Part shown: positions 35,089 through 46,400 of the stretch, one piece after another
Layout: each line of letters begins with the position of its first letter
Position numbering within the stretch: the stretch's first letter is position 1
Origin: an uncultured Desulfobacterales bacterium
GTDB lineage: Bacteria; Desulfobacterota; Desulfobaccia; Desulfobaccales; Desulfobaccaceae
Assembly (NCBI GenBank): GCA_964428565.1
Contig: CAYRYV010000013.1
Location: forward strand, 1 to 64,000
Reading direction: 5' to 3'
DNA: 64,000 bases
Notes under the pieces: generated by a model
What the model saw: only the letters and a program-made list of their open reading frames with translations
Database searches by the model: none
What the model was told of the DNA's origin: nothing
Position numbers and translations under genes: made by a program

Positions 35089-36183
35089 GTGTCCTGCCGC
35101 AGCGGTATTATCGGCCTGCCCAACGTGGGCAAATCCACTCTCTTCAACGCCCTGACCGCCGGAGCGGCGGAGGTGGCCCCCTATCCCTTTACCACCATCG
35201 CTCCCAACGTGGGTATCGTGCCGGTGCCCGATGAGCGGCTGCGGCGGCTGGCCGACCTCCTCAAACCCCCCAAGGTTACCCCCACCGCCATCGAGTTCGT
35301 GGATATCGCCGGTCTCATCAAAGGCGCCAGCCAGGGCGAGGGGCTGGGAAACCAGTTTTTGGCCCATATCCGGGACGTGGACCTGCTGGTGCACGTGGTG
35401 CGGGTTTTTGAGGCCGGAGACGCTCCCCCCGCCGGCGGCGATCTCGATCCGGTGCGGGATTTGGAGGTGGTGGAGACCGAACTGCTCCTGGCCGACCTCG
35501 AAATCGTCAGCCGGGCCAGAGTCAAAGCCGAGAAGCAGGCCAAGGGGGGCGACAAGCATTATCTGGCCCTGGCGGCCCTCCTGACCCGGGTCCAGGAAGC
35601 TCTGGACCAGGGCCGGGACGTTGGCGGGCTGGCCCTTTCCGGGACCGAGCGGGAGATGCTGCAGGAAACTCCGCTCCTCACCCGCAAGCCCGCACTGCTT
35701 GTGGCCAATATCAGCGAAGCGGAATGGCAGGCCCGCCGTTACCTGCCGGCCCTGGAGGCGGCGGCCGCGGCCCGGAGCCTCCCTCTGGTGCCCATCCTGG
35801 GGGCCGTGGAGGCGGAAATCGCCTGCCTGCCCCCGGCGGATCAGGCGGACTACCTGCGGGCCTACGGCTTGGAGGAATCCGGCCTGAGCCGTTTGGTGCA
35901 GGAAAGCTACCGGCTGTTGCACCTCATCACCTTTTACACCATCGTGGGGCCGGAGGTGCGGGCCTGGACAGTGCCCGCGGGCACGCCGGCGGTCCGCGCC
36001 GCCGGCAAGATCCACTCCGACATGGAGCAGGGCTTCATCCGGGTGGAGGTGATGAGTTTTGCCGATCTGTCCCGCCTGGGGAGCGCCGCCCGCGTCAAAG
36101 AGGCGGGGCTGCTGCACAGTGAAGGCCGGGACTACGCGATCCAGGACGGCCAGATCCTCTTGTTTCGCTTTCAGAAGAAGTGA
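35089..36183 (+). CDS. ychF: Redox-regulated ribosome-associated ATPase YchF (Obg family)
   Basis: GLPNVGKSTLFNALT, TGS C-terminal domain, 364 aa. Confidence 0.95.
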   Translation: MSCRSGIIGLPNVGKSTLFNALTAGAAEVAPYPFTTIAPNVGIVPVPDERLRRLADLLKPPKVTPTAIEFVDIAGLIKGASQGEGLGNQFLAHIRDVDLLVHVVRVFEAGDAPPAGGDLDPVRDLEVVETELLLADLEIVSRARVKAEKQAKGGDKHYLALAALLTRVQEALDQGRDVGGLALSGTEREMLQETPLLTRKPALLVANISEAEWQARRYLPALEAAAAARSLPLVPILGAVEAEIACLPPADQADYLRAYGLEESGLSRLVQESYRLLHLITFYTIVGPEVRAWTVPAGTPAVRAAGKIHSDMEQGFIRVEVMSFADLSRLGSAARVKEAGLLHSEGRDYAIQDGQILLFRFQKK

Positions 36184-36213
36184 TCAACTGATCCCTTATC
36201 ATGAACCAGGGCC

Positions 36214-36948
36214 ATGGCCGCAACCACCATTTTTCTTAACTCACTGTTAGACTTCTTTTTTCCCCGATTCTGTTTGTTCTGCGGGGAGTCGGCGGAGCCT
36301 GTGCCCGGTGCGGTGGTGTGCACCTCCTGTCAGACGCAGGTTCGGCGACTGGCCCCGCCCTTTTGCCGCCAGTGCGGGGCCCCCTTTGAGTCCTGCGGAG
36401 CTTCGGAGGATATCTGCCGGGACTGCCTGGCGGAACCGCCCCCCTTCGCCCGCGCCCGGGCTGCCCTCTATTATGAAGGGCCGGCCCAGGAGGCTATTCA
36501 CCGGCTGAAATATCAACGTCAAATGGTTTTTGCCCGCCCCCTCAAAATGTGGTTGGCCGCTTCCCCGGCAGGGTGTGAGTTGGCGGCGGCGGCCGATCTG
36601 CTGCTGCCGGTGCCCCTGCATCCCCAACGCCTGCGCCAGCGCGGCTTCAATCAATCCCTGTTGTTGGCGCAAGCCTTTCCCGGACGCCCGCTGGTACGGA
36701 ATCTCCTGGAGCGTCACCGGCAGACTAGCCCGCAGGTCGATCTGGACGGCCAGGCCCGCCGGGAAAATATCCGGGATGCCTTCGGTGTGCGGGATCCCGG
36801 GGCGGTGGCCGGGAAGAAGGTGCTGGTCATCGACGATGTCTTTACCACCGGGGCGACCGTCTCTGAATGCGCCCGGGTTTTATTGGCAGCCGGGGCCGCC
36901 CGCGTGGAGGTGCTGACCGTGGCCAGGGTGGGATATGCGACAGTGTGA
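36214..36948 (+). CDS. comF: ComF-family phosphoribosyltransferase-domain protein
   Basis: N-terminal Cys4 (CLFCG...CTSC...CRQCG), C-terminal [14 protein letters not shown] PRTase motif. Confidence 0.75.
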   Translation: MAATTIFLNSLLDFFFPRFCLFCGESAEPVPGAVVCTSCQTQVRRLAPPFCRQCGAPFESCGASEDICRDCLAEPPPFARARAALYYEGPAQEAIHRLKYQRQMVFARPLKMWLAASPAGCELAAAADLLLPVPLHPQRLRQRGFNQSLLLAQAFPGRPLVRNLLERHRQTSPQVDLDGQARRENIRDAFGVRDPGAVAGKKVLVIDDVFTTGATVSECARVLLAAGAARVEVLTVARVGYATV

Positions 36949-36964
36949 TACGCGGTTTAAAGTG

Positions 36965-37462
36965 ATGTCCCGGGATGAGGCCGTCTGGCGGGTGGAGCAG
37001 TCCCGCCAACGGGGCTGGCGGGTGGTCTTCACCAACGGCTGTTTCGATCTGCTGCATCTGGGACACGTGCGCTATCTGGAGGCCGCCCGGTCCCTGGGGG
37101 ATCTGCTGGTGGTGGGCGTCAACTCCGATGACTCGGTGCGCCGTTTGGGCAAGGACCCCAGCCGGCCGGTGGTGCCCCAGGGCGACCGCGCCCAGGTGCT
37201 GGCGGCCCTGGCCTGTGTGGACATTGTCGTCGTGTTCAATGAAGACACGCCTCTCACCCTCATTGAACGCCTGCGGCCCGATGTGTTGGTCAAGGGCGGG
37301 GACTACACCCCCGAGGCCATCGTGGGCCGCCGGGAAGTGGAGTCCTGGGGGGGAGCGGTGCAGGTCATCCCCTTGGTCCCGGACCGTTCCACCACCCGGC
37401 TCCTGAATGCCATCCGGGGCGCCGGGGGGCACAGTCCCCCCCCCGACGACCCAAGCCGATGA
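36965..37462 (+). CDS. D-beta-D-heptose 1-phosphate adenylyltransferase-like cytidylyltransferase (RfaE domain II/HldE C-terminal type)
   Basis: [18 protein letters not shown] (HxGH nucleotidyltransferase motif); start uncertain (36935 or 36965). Confidence 0.7.
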   Translation: MSRDEAVWRVEQSRQRGWRVVFTNGCFDLLHLGHVRYLEAARSLGDLLVVGVNSDDSVRRLGKDPSRPVVPQGDRAQVLAALACVDIVVVFNEDTPLTLIERLRPDVLVKGGDYTPEAIVGRREVESWGGAVQVIPLVPDRSTTRLLNAIRGAGGHSPPPDDPSR

Positions 37463-37766
37463 GGCGTTCCCGACGCCGGGACCCGGCCCTTCGGGGAGCC
37501 CTCCCCGAACTTTCGACTCCGGCCGTATCGCCTTCCGGCGCCAGCGCCTTGACCGCTCTGCGGGTTTCCGGCCATTGCTAGTCAAGCGAAATAGTTTGTG
37601 CGCAAGTTATCAGTTGTTTTTCATTAAGTTAATGTCCCCCCTGACCGATAAAAATATGAGAACACCCCCACCTGGTTGCCGATGGTGAGGTTTTTGAGCG
37701 GTTAACTGCTCTTGAGTGGTCCGAACCGCGCCGCCCGCGCGGGCGCGCATTTCTCGGAGGTCTCCT

Positions 37767-40529
37767 GTGGCTGGGCCGGACACACGCCGGGTGCTGCTGG
37801 TCAATGACGATTCAACCCAACTCCGGTTAATCGCCAACATCCTGGAGTCAGGCGGCCATAGGGTCATTTCCTGCGACAGCGCCGAAATGGCCCTGGAGAT
37901 CCTGGCCGACCAGGCCCCCCCCGATCTCATCGTCACCGACCTGCACATGCCCGGTATCGACGGCTGGCGGTTCTGCCGCCTCCTCCGGTCCCCCGAGTAC
38001 CCGCAGTATAATCAGACCCCCATCCTGGTCGTCTCCGCCACCCTGGCCGGCGACCATACCCGTCAGATCACCCGGGACCTGGGGGCGAACGGCTTTCTCG
38101 CCCTCCCTTGCGCCCCCGCAGAATTCCGTCGCTGCGTCTCCCTGGTCTTGGACGGTTTGTCCCCCCATGCCGCCCCCAAAGTCCTCATTGTCGAAGACAG
38201 CCCCACCCTGGCGACAATTCTGCGACGCGCCTTTGAAAAACACGACTATACAGTCCTGGTGGCCGAAACCGGGGCACAGGCCCGGGAGTTGTTTGCGGCA
38301 AACCGGCCGGAGGTGGCGGTGCTGGATTACCATCTCCCCGACCTCACCGGCGATCAGCTGCTGATCGAATTTAAGCAGCCGGGGTCCTTGGCGGCGGTCA
38401 TCATGATGACCTCCAACCCCAGTCCCGGATTGGCGACCCATTTCTTACGCCTGGGCGCCGACGGCTATCTCCGGAAGCCCTTTGATCCGGCATATCTGTT
38501 CGCCCTCTGCGAAAAAGCCCAGCGGGAACGGGCCCTGTTGCGGGTGGAGGAGATTTTACAGACCCGGACGCAAGAACTTCGGGAATCTTTCGCCCAGCTG
38601 CAGGTTAGCGAAGAAAAGTACCGCAGTCTCTTTGAAAATGATGTCATCGGCATTTTCCACAGCACTCCCGAGGGCCGGTTTCTCAAAATCAATAAAGCCC
38701 TGGCCCAGATGTTGGGCTATCCCAACCCCTCTGAGGCCGTCAGGTCGATCACCGACATCGGCTCTCAGGTGTATGCCGACCCTCAACGCCGCAGTGAAAT
38801 CCTCAAAACCATCAGTCGCCGCAGCCGGATTTCCAAGTTCGAGGTGGAGTTCCGCCGGCGCACGGGGGAGGTCTTCCTGGGCAACCTGAACCTGCAGGCG
38901 GTGAAGGACCGGCGGGGAGCCATCTCATATCTGGAAGGATTCGTTGAAGACATTACGGAGCGCAAGCGCGCCGAAGAGGCCCTGAAACTCTCCGAAGAGA
39001 AGATGCGTCTGGTAATCGAATCCTCCCCCATCGGTATCATCATCACCCAACACGGCAAATACCTCTTTGTCAACCCGGCGCTGGTAAACATGTTCGGGTA
39101 TGACAGCGCCGACGAGATTATCGGCCAGGCCAGCGGTTCCCGGTTTTATGCCGAAGAGCAGGAACTGGTCGCGCAAATTCAGGTGGGGGGCGCGCCTCGC
39201 CAGTTTTGGCCCGGCTCCCTGGAGGCCCGGGGAATCAAGAAGAGCGGTGAGATCTTCGAAATCAATGTCTGGCTGCAGGAGATTGATTACCAGGGGGAAC
39301 CGGCGATCCTGGAATTCATCATCGATGTGAGTGAAGCCAAAACCTTGCGGGCCCAGTTAATGCAATCCCAAAAACTGGAGGCCGTCGGCACCCTCGCCGG
39401 TGGTATTGCCCATGACTTCAACAACATCCTGGGCGCCATCATCGGCTATGCCGAAATGGCCCTGGCGCAACTCACGCAAGATAGCCCCGTGCGCTACAAT
39501 CTGATGCAGATCTTAAATGCCGGTCAACGCGCCGCCGACCTGGTCAACCAGATCTTAACCTTCGGACGCCCCCGGAAACAGGAGATGAAGCCCCTCAGTC
39601 TGGCCCCGCTGATCGAAGAGTCCTTCCGTTTCATGCGATCATCATTGCCGGCCACCATTGAGATCAACACCACTCTGGAGGCAAAAAACGATTATATCTT
39701 GGCCGACATGACTCAAATCCACCAGATCCTGATCAACCTCTGCACCAATGCCGCCCATGCCATGCGCCATGCCGGGGGCACTCTGGAAATCGGCCTCCGG
39801 GAGGTGAAGTTCGACCACACCAACGCCTCCCCTCTGCAAAATCTCAAATCCGGAGTCTATCTGGAGCTGTCGGTGCGGGATAGCGGGCATGGGATGGAAG
39901 AGCACGTCGTGGAAAGGATCTTCGATCCGTTCTTCACCACCAAGGAACCCGGGGAAGGCACCGGCATGGGACTAGCGGTCGTGCACGGCATCGTCCAGGC
40001 CCACGGCGGCGCGATCCTCGTCAGCAGCCGGCCCCGGAAAGGCACGACCTTTAACATCTATCTCCCCCAGCTCAATGGGGCATCAGCGACCTTTGTTTCG
40101 AAAAAATCTGTTCAACCGGCGCTCACCAGCGGTCATGAGTGTATTTTGTTGGTGGATGACGAGCGGGACCTTATCGAGATCGGCCAAAAAATGTTGACAC
40201 GGTTGGGCTATGAGGTTGTGGCGCAGGCCGACAGCCAGGTAGCCCTGGACATTTTCAAGGAAAACCCCCAACGCTTCGATCTCATTATCACCGATCTAAC
40301 CATGCCTGCGCTCACCGGAGTGGAGTTGGCCCGTGAGATCCTGGCCGTGCGTCCCGATATCCCCATCATTTTGTGCACCGGCTATTCCGAAAGTACTACA
40401 CCCAAAGAGGTCCTGAACGTCGGTGTCCAGGAATTGATTATGAAGCCCGTGCGTATGTCGAGCCTGGCTCAAACCATTCGAAAAACCCTGGACAACCGCG
40501 CCGTCCTGCCTGAACCGCAGATTTCCTGA
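37767..40529 (+). CDS. Hybrid sensor histidine kinase: 2x REC, PAS/PAC, HisKA, HATPase, C-terminal REC
   Basis: Receiver motifs (LLVNDD..., ILIVEDS...), PAS (FENDVIGIFHS...), H-box GGIAHDFNN, G-boxes, C-terminal ILLVDDE...DLIITDLTMP; GTG start after GGAGG. Confidence 0.8.
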   Translation: MAGPDTRRVLLVNDDSTQLRLIANILESGGHRVISCDSAEMALEILADQAPPDLIVTDLHMPGIDGWRFCRLLRSPEYPQYNQTPILVVSATLAGDHTRQITRDLGANGFLALPCAPAEFRRCVSLVLDGLSPHAAPKVLIVEDSPTLATILRRAFEKHDYTVLVAETGAQARELFAANRPEVAVLDYHLPDLTGDQLLIEFKQPGSLAAVIMMTSNPSPGLATHFLRLGADGYLRKPFDPAYLFALCEKAQRERALLRVEEILQTRTQELRESFAQLQVSEEKYRSLFENDVIGIFHSTPEGRFLKINKALAQMLGYPNPSEAVRSITDIGSQVYADPQRRSEILKTISRRSRISKFEVEFRRRTGEVFLGNLNLQAVKDRRGAISYLEGFVEDITERKRAEEALKLSEEKMRLVIESSPIGIIITQHGKYLFVNPALVNMFGYDSADEIIGQASGSRFYAEEQELVAQIQVGGAPRQFWPGSLEARGIKKSGEIFEINVWLQEIDYQGEPAILEFIIDVSEAKTLRAQLMQSQKLEAVGTLAGGIAHDFNNILGAIIGYAEMALAQLTQDSPVRYNLMQILNAGQRAADLVNQILTFGRPRKQEMKPLSLAPLIEESFRFMRSSLPATIEINTTLEAKNDYILADMTQIHQILINLCTNAAHAMRHAGGTLEIGLREVKFDHTNASPLQNLKSGVYLELSVRDSGHGMEEHVVERIFDPFFTTKEPGEGTGMGLAVVHGIVQAHGGAILVSSRPRKGTTFNIYLPQLNGASATFVSKKSVQPALTSGHECILLVDDERDLIEIGQKMLTRLGYEVVAQADSQVALDIFKENPQRFDLIITDLTMPALTGVELAREILAVRPDIPIILCTGYSESTTPKEVLNVGVQELIMKPVRMSSLAQTIRKTLDNRAVLPEPQIS

Positions 40530-40583
40530 AACCGACCGTTTCCCTGGGGACATCATCTGGCCGTCCCGGTCACCGGCTGCCTG

Positions 40584-43481
40584 TCAACCCTGGCAGGCCG
40601 TGCGGTGCGGGCACCAGTCGCAATGCCGGTCCTTCCGGGGGTGGAAATCACCCGCTGCCAGCATGTGCCGGAGCAGAAAGGAAACGGCCCGGGGCGCATA
40701 ATCGGTGATCACCCGGCGCCGCTCCTCCGGGCGCCACCGTTCTTTTTCCGGGAAAAACCACACCTCCGCGCCCCCCTTGTTCAATTCCACCCAACCCGCG
40801 TTCGCCGCCAGCCTCTCTGCAGCCTGGCCGTGCAGAAACAAATACGTGGGCAGTTGCACACTCCCCCACTCCTGGGCCAGCTCCCGGAAGAACTCAGGAT
40901 CGGCCAGGAGTGCAGGAGATGCCGCCGACAGCCTGTCCCATAACGGGTTGTCTTTCCAGGCCCGGACGTGCGTCGGGGGGATCCGGCCGGTCTTATAATC
41001 CAGAATGTATAATCCTCCGGGACGTTCATCCACGCGGTCCACCCGGCCCCCCACCAAAATCCGGCGGTCATTTACCAGCACGGTGGCGGTCAAATAGTTT
41101 TCCAACTCCCGGATAGTGGTGGTCACGCCGGTGTGCAAAAAGGCTTGCAGCTTTGCCCTTCCTGCTTTTTCCAATTGGCGGCGCACTTCAAATCGCAGGT
41201 TTTTAAAAAACCCCGCCCCCGTCAGTCTCCGGAGATAAAGGTGCACTAATTCATCGACCGGCAGGGAGCTGTAGTCGATTTCCTGATCCCGGTAGCGGCT
41301 GAAATACTCATTGAGGACCGCGTGCATCAACTCCCCGAAGGCTCCCGGAGCCGCCTCCTCGCTGATCTCTTCCAAAGGCCTCAATCTCAGGACATGGGTG
41401 TAGACGAAATTGACGGGGCAACGGAGGTAATCATCCAGGGCCGAAACGCTCACCGGCCGGGAAGTCAACCATTCCTCAAGCCGAGCTTGCAGTGCCGGGG
41501 TGCGGGGGAGGGGCCTGGGATTGGTCGTCAGGCTACGGATCTGAAAGGCAATGGGGATTAACGGCGGTTCTCCCGCCACCGCCACCCTGCCCTGTCGCTG
41601 TTCCTCCGCCCACAGGAGCTGCTCGACAAAACGGCTGCGCATGGATTTCTCAAAGCGGTCACCGGCGGCCTCCACTCCGCTATGGTAGAGGAAAACCGCT
41701 TCCTGCGCGCCCTGCACCAGCCGATAGAAGTTGTATGCGGCCACCTGATCCCGGCCGCGGCTGTCGGTCAATCCCAACACGTGGCGTAAGCCGTCGGGCA
41801 GCAGCGGGTCATAGGCCGCCTGGCCGGGGAGCACCTCTTCGGTGGCGTTGATGATGATCACCCGGTCGAACTGCAGCAGGCGGGTCTCCAGCATCCCCAG
41901 GACCTGCAGACCGGTCAGGGGTTCGGCCTCAAAGGCCACCCGCTCACCCTTTATCACCTCTTTCAAGATTGCGAATAATATCTGCGGCTCAAACTCCTGA
42001 CGGCTCATGAGGTTGTCCTGCAACGTGGGCACGACCTGATGGAGCATCCGGTGCAGAACTTCGGCATCCAGGGGAAAGCGCGCCCACAATTCGTTGCCGG
42101 CGAGACGCAACAGGTTCACCACGCCCTCCAGGGCCGCCGCCAGGTCCGTCAAGGTGCGCGTCTTCTCCCACCGGCGCAGGGCTATCTCCCTCAGCCTCTG
42201 CAGCAGTTCCCGCCCGGTCCCGGGGGCCGCGTCCTCCGGCAAATCGTCGTTTGCCGGCACCCAGGTATAAGGGTCGCTATACTTCTGCCCCTGGCGGATG
42301 GCCAACTCCCAGAGGCGCAGGATTTGCCGCCAGGGACGGCCGCCCTCAGGGCCGAGCATCTTTACGTAGGGGTGACGGAGAAGCTTGAGGAAGGGACGCC
42401 AGAAGTACCCCCCGTCCGGGTTGCGGGTCTCCTGGAGCTCCATCAGAATCCCGATAAGGCCGGCCAGAGTGGTCCGGGCCAGGGGATACCCCAGGGTGAT
42501 GTTGACCTCCTTCTCCGGCAAGTGGTGGAGGACCGGCATGAGCATGTCCTCCCGGGTCAACACGACGGCTGTTCCTTCCCGGGGGGCAGCCGCCAGTTCG
42601 CCGGCCAACGCGGTTAGTTGGGAATGGAGGTCGTAGCCCTCGTAAAATCTGACCCGGGGTATAGTCCCGGCATCCCCGGTCCCTGTCGGGCACGCCGCCG
42701 TCGCCTGCCAGCGCGCCAACCATTCCCTGTGCAAGCCGCAGGCCCAATGTCCCGGCTTGCCCCGGGCCAGGGCGGGGTCGCTGTGCCAGACGATGGTGGC
42801 CTGGCCTTTCTCCCACAAACGCCGCAGGATCACCTCTGCGGCTCCCCTGAGGGCGTAGAAGCCGGCGAAGTAATAATGTCTGTCGGTCAGCCGGGGCGCA
42901 ATTTCCCCCCAGCGGCGGGCTGCCTGAAACAGATCGTATCCCGGCGTCGTCCAGCGACGGTCGTCCAGTTGGGCGGTGTAATACCGATAAATGGTGTTCA
43001 GGTGTTCCAGGAGCGCCGCGGCATATTCCAGCACTTCCCCCCGCACATGCAACAGACTTGCAGGCTCCCGGTTCTGCCCGAACAGGTCTTCCAGCAAGGC
43101 GGCCAGGCGCACTCCCCAGGGAAAGAATTTCTCCCGCTCCAGGGGCAGGCGCGCCAGCGGTCCCGGATAATTACCACGCAGTTCCCCTAATATGCCAAAG
43201 AGCATCTCGACCTGGTCCAACACGCCCAGGTTCTTCACCGGCGCCGGCTCCAACTCACGCCGCCACTCGCCGACCACTTCCCGGATAGCCGCCACCTTGG
43301 GTAGCCTGCAGGGTTTGGGCAGTCTCCCATCCGCCGCCAGATGCCGGCGCAGATAACGCCGGGGGCGATCGTGTGGAAAAACCACGATCACCCGCGCCAA
43401 GTCCTCTTCCCTGCTAATAATCAGGTCGGCCAGAGGCGCCAGCAAATCCCGTCGCCAATCAAAAATGATGATGGGCTTCAT
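40584..43481 (-). CDS. AddB-like PD-(D/E)XK nuclease subunit of a helicase-nuclease complex, with a C-terminal Cys cluster
   Basis: 965 aa, no Walker A; C-terminal GRVDRVDE...LYILDYKTG nuclease core and HCDWCPHRTAC Fe-S-type motif; ATGA coupling to the upstream helicase. Confidence 0.7.
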   Translation of the reverse strand: MKPIIIFDWRRDLLAPLADLIISREEDLARVIVVFPHDRPRRYLRRHLAADGRLPKPCRLPKVAAIREVVGEWRRELEPAPVKNLGVLDQVEMLFGILGELRGNYPGPLARLPLEREKFFPWGVRLAALLEDLFGQNREPASLLHVRGEVLEYAAALLEHLNTIYRYYTAQLDDRRWTTPGYDLFQAARRWGEIAPRLTDRHYYFAGFYALRGAAEVILRRLWEKGQATIVWHSDPALARGKPGHWACGLHREWLARWQATAACPTGTGDAGTIPRVRFYEGYDLHSQLTALAGELAAAPREGTAVVLTREDMLMPVLHHLPEKEVNITLGYPLARTTLAGLIGILMELQETRNPDGGYFWRPFLKLLRHPYVKMLGPEGGRPWRQILRLWELAIRQGQKYSDPYTWVPANDDLPEDAAPGTGRELLQRLREIALRRWEKTRTLTDLAAALEGVVNLLRLAGNELWARFPLDAEVLHRMLHQVVPTLQDNLMSRQEFEPQILFAILKEVIKGERVAFEAEPLTGLQVLGMLETRLLQFDRVIIINATEEVLPGQAAYDPLLPDGLRHVLGLTDSRGRDQVAAYNFYRLVQGAQEAVFLYHSGVEAAGDRFEKSMRSRFVEQLLWAEEQRQGRVAVAGEPPLIPIAFQIRSLTTNPRPLPRTPALQARLEEWLTSRPVSVSALDDYLRCPVNFVYTHVLRLRPLEEISEEAAPGAFGELMHAVLNEYFSRYRDQEIDYSSLPVDELVHLYLRRLTGAGFFKNLRFEVRRQLEKAGRAKLQAFLHTGVTTTIRELENYLTATVLVNDRRILVGGRVDRVDERPGGLYILDYKTGRIPPTHVRAWKDNPLWDRLSAASPALLADPEFFRELAQEWGSVQLPTYLFLHGQAAERLAANAGWVELNKGGAEVWFFPEKERWRPEERRRVITDYAPRAVSFLLRHMLAAGDFHPRKDRHCDWCPHRTACQG

Positions 43482-46400
43482 GCCGTCAGGTCCCCGGAAA
43501 CCTCCACGATCTGCTCTTCGTCCAGATAAATCAGCAGGCCCCGCACCGACCGCCGGCCGGGCTCCCGGCGCAGTTCCGGCAACCCCGCCAGCAGCCGCAG
43601 GTACCACCGCACCTGATCGCCATGGTCATCACTGGGTTTGCCGGTCTTATACTCCAGCACCACCGCCTCGGTGTCGGTTACCGTCAGATGGTCCAGCCGG
43701 TAAACGGCCCCCTGTTCATCCAGTATTTCCACCTCCGCCTGGCCCTGTTCCTTTAAGGAGACCAGTTCCGGCACCCCCAGAACCCAGGTGAGCCGCTTTT
43801 CCAGGTCAACCCGCATCCCGGGATCCAAATGCGGCCGGGGAGCATACGCCAGCGCCAGGTCTACCGCCCGGCGGGCATCGGCGGCCGGATCACCGCGGGG
43901 ACGCACATATTCCAACGCCAGGTGGGCCAGTTCCCCCCGGCGGCGTTCGCGGGTCGCTTCTTCTTCCAGGTTGTTGCGGAAGATCTTCAGCCCGGGCAGC
44001 CAGGCCATGGGCATAAAACCAGCCTCCGGGACGTGAGCCTCCGGCTTGAACGCTTTCAGAGGCTCCCCTGACGCGGGTTCGACCGCCTGTCTCCGGGCCG
44101 GCCGCGGCGCGCCGCTGGTATAGCGTACTCCGCTTTCTGCCGGTCCCAGGCATGCCAGCAGGACGGCCAGACCCGCCGTCAAGGGGGAGCCCCCTTTCTG
44201 GGAATCGTTGCGGGTTATAAAGGCGTAAAATTCGTCCACCGCCCGGGTCCAGGCCACGTAGACCAAGTTGAGGCTTTCCAACAGCGCGTCGCGTTGGTAG
44301 CGCCAGTAGTTTTCCCCCAAATCCGTAGTCAACGGCACGATGATCCAATCATCCCCCCACGCCGTCTCGGTCAGCCGCTCGGTTTTTACCGGCCAGTGAT
44401 GGAAGGGAACGATTACCACCGGAAATTCCAGCCCCTTGGCCTTGTGGATGGTCATGACCCGCACCGCCTCGACGTTTTCCGGCAAAGGAGCCCGTTCCTT
44501 AACCCCGTCGCGTCGCCAGTAGTCCAAAAAGGCCGCCAGCGATTGGCAATCGTGTTCTTCTGCCAGATGCACCAGTTCCAGGAACCGGCGCAGAAAAATC
44601 TCGTCCTCGGGATAACGTCCGAGGAGTTGAAAATGCTTGATGATCTCCTGGATCACATCATAAGGGCTCATTAACCCGCTCTGCCGGTAAAAAGGCTCTA
44701 TCCACGTACGCCACGGGCCGGGAAAATCACGTTGGAAAGTCTTGTACAGGGAAGGGCCGGTCTGCCGGGCCAGCCATGCCACCAGGACCTCCGGGCCCAG
44801 GCCGCTCACCGCCTGAAACACCTCGGCTCCCGACACGAAATTCCAAAAATCCAGGTCATGGTCGGGGTAATCCAGAAAACTCAAAAAGGCCAGAAGCTGT
44901 CGGATGAGCGGGTGGTCCGCCAGATGCAGGCTGTTTTCCGTCACCAGGGGAATCCCCCAGTCAATCAGCCAGCGGGACACCTCCTCCGCCTCCTGGTTGC
45001 GGCGCACTAAAACGGCCACGTCGCCCCATGGCCGCCGCCCCTGCAGCTCCCGGAGTATCTGGTGCAACGCCGCCGCTGCCTGTTCCTCCAGGTCCTCCTG
45101 GTGGCGCCCCCGGAGCTCCCGCAACTCCACATACCCCCCCTCCCGCTCCGGGGCCGCGGGCATGGTCTGTTCCGCCTGCCGGTAGGCGTTCTCCAGGGTG
45201 TCTGCCAACTCCGCCGTCCATAGCGGCGGCGCCTTGTCTCCCGCCAGGGCCCGGGCCAACCGCCCGCAGATTTCCCGGTCCTGCAGTTGCCCGAATATCC
45301 GGTTGGTGAAGTCCACCAGGGTCTGCCGGCTGCGCCAGTTGTGGGGCAGGTATTCCGCCGCCGGCGGCTGGCCTCCCAGATCCCGGGCCGCCTCGTCCAA
45401 CAATTGCCAGTCCCCGCCCCGCCAGCCGTAAATGGCCTGTTTGACGTCCCCCACCAGCAACAGGCCGCCCCCCTGATCCCGGCATTCCCGGGCCAGGGGC
45501 AACAGCGCGCCCCATTGCTCTCTGCTGGTGTCCTGAAATTCGTCGATCAGTAAATAACGCAGGTTGGCCCCCAATCGGCACAGGGCCAGGGTTACGCCCC
45601 CTCCCGCCCGCAGCAGTTGAGTCACGGCCCGCCCCCAGGTCCGCCCGGAAACAATCCCCGACCGGTGCGGATACGTGGTGAAATCCCGGGCCAGCACCTG
45701 TCCTATGGCCGCGAAAGGCAGCCAGTGCAATGCCTGGGAGATGAGGTGCCGTTTCCGGCGGTAATCGGTGTAGGCCGCTTTGAACTCCTGGTAACGGGCG
45801 GTGGCGGCAGGGGTTGTCCGGGAACGTGAGGCTTTGCTCAGACACTCCTCTAAACTGTCCTTCTCGGCAAACTTCGAGTCCGGCAACGCCCCCCCGGGTG
45901 TGCCGGCGGCCAGCTTGGTTAAAAAAGTGCTGAAGTGATGCACGCCGCTCAGGTCAGCGTCATGCATCGCCGCCATCAGGGATTCCCGGGCTGCTTGCAG
46001 CCGCCCATGGCTCTCTTCCAGCCCCCGCTCCAGGTCGGCGGCCGCTGCCAGGCGCAACTCCTCCCGGCCGCTGAGATACTCGAAGGCCTGCTGGCTTCTC
46101 TCCCGCAACGGGGTGTCCAGGCGGAATCCCGCCTTGCCCTCCCGGAAGATCAGGCTGTCCAGGGCTGCTTCCAGGAGATGACGCTCCGGGTGGCCCCCTT
46201 GCTCTGCCCGGAATAAGAAGGCGTCGAACAGGTCCTGGAAGATCCTCGTATCGTCGAACTCCACCGTGAAGTCGGGGGACAGGCCGAGGTCAAGGGCCCC
46301 GAGGCGCAGGCAGAGATGCAACAGGCTGTCGATGGTGCGAATATTGAACTGCTGATAGCCGCGCAACAGGAGGGTCAACCACCGGGACGCCTGCCGGGGG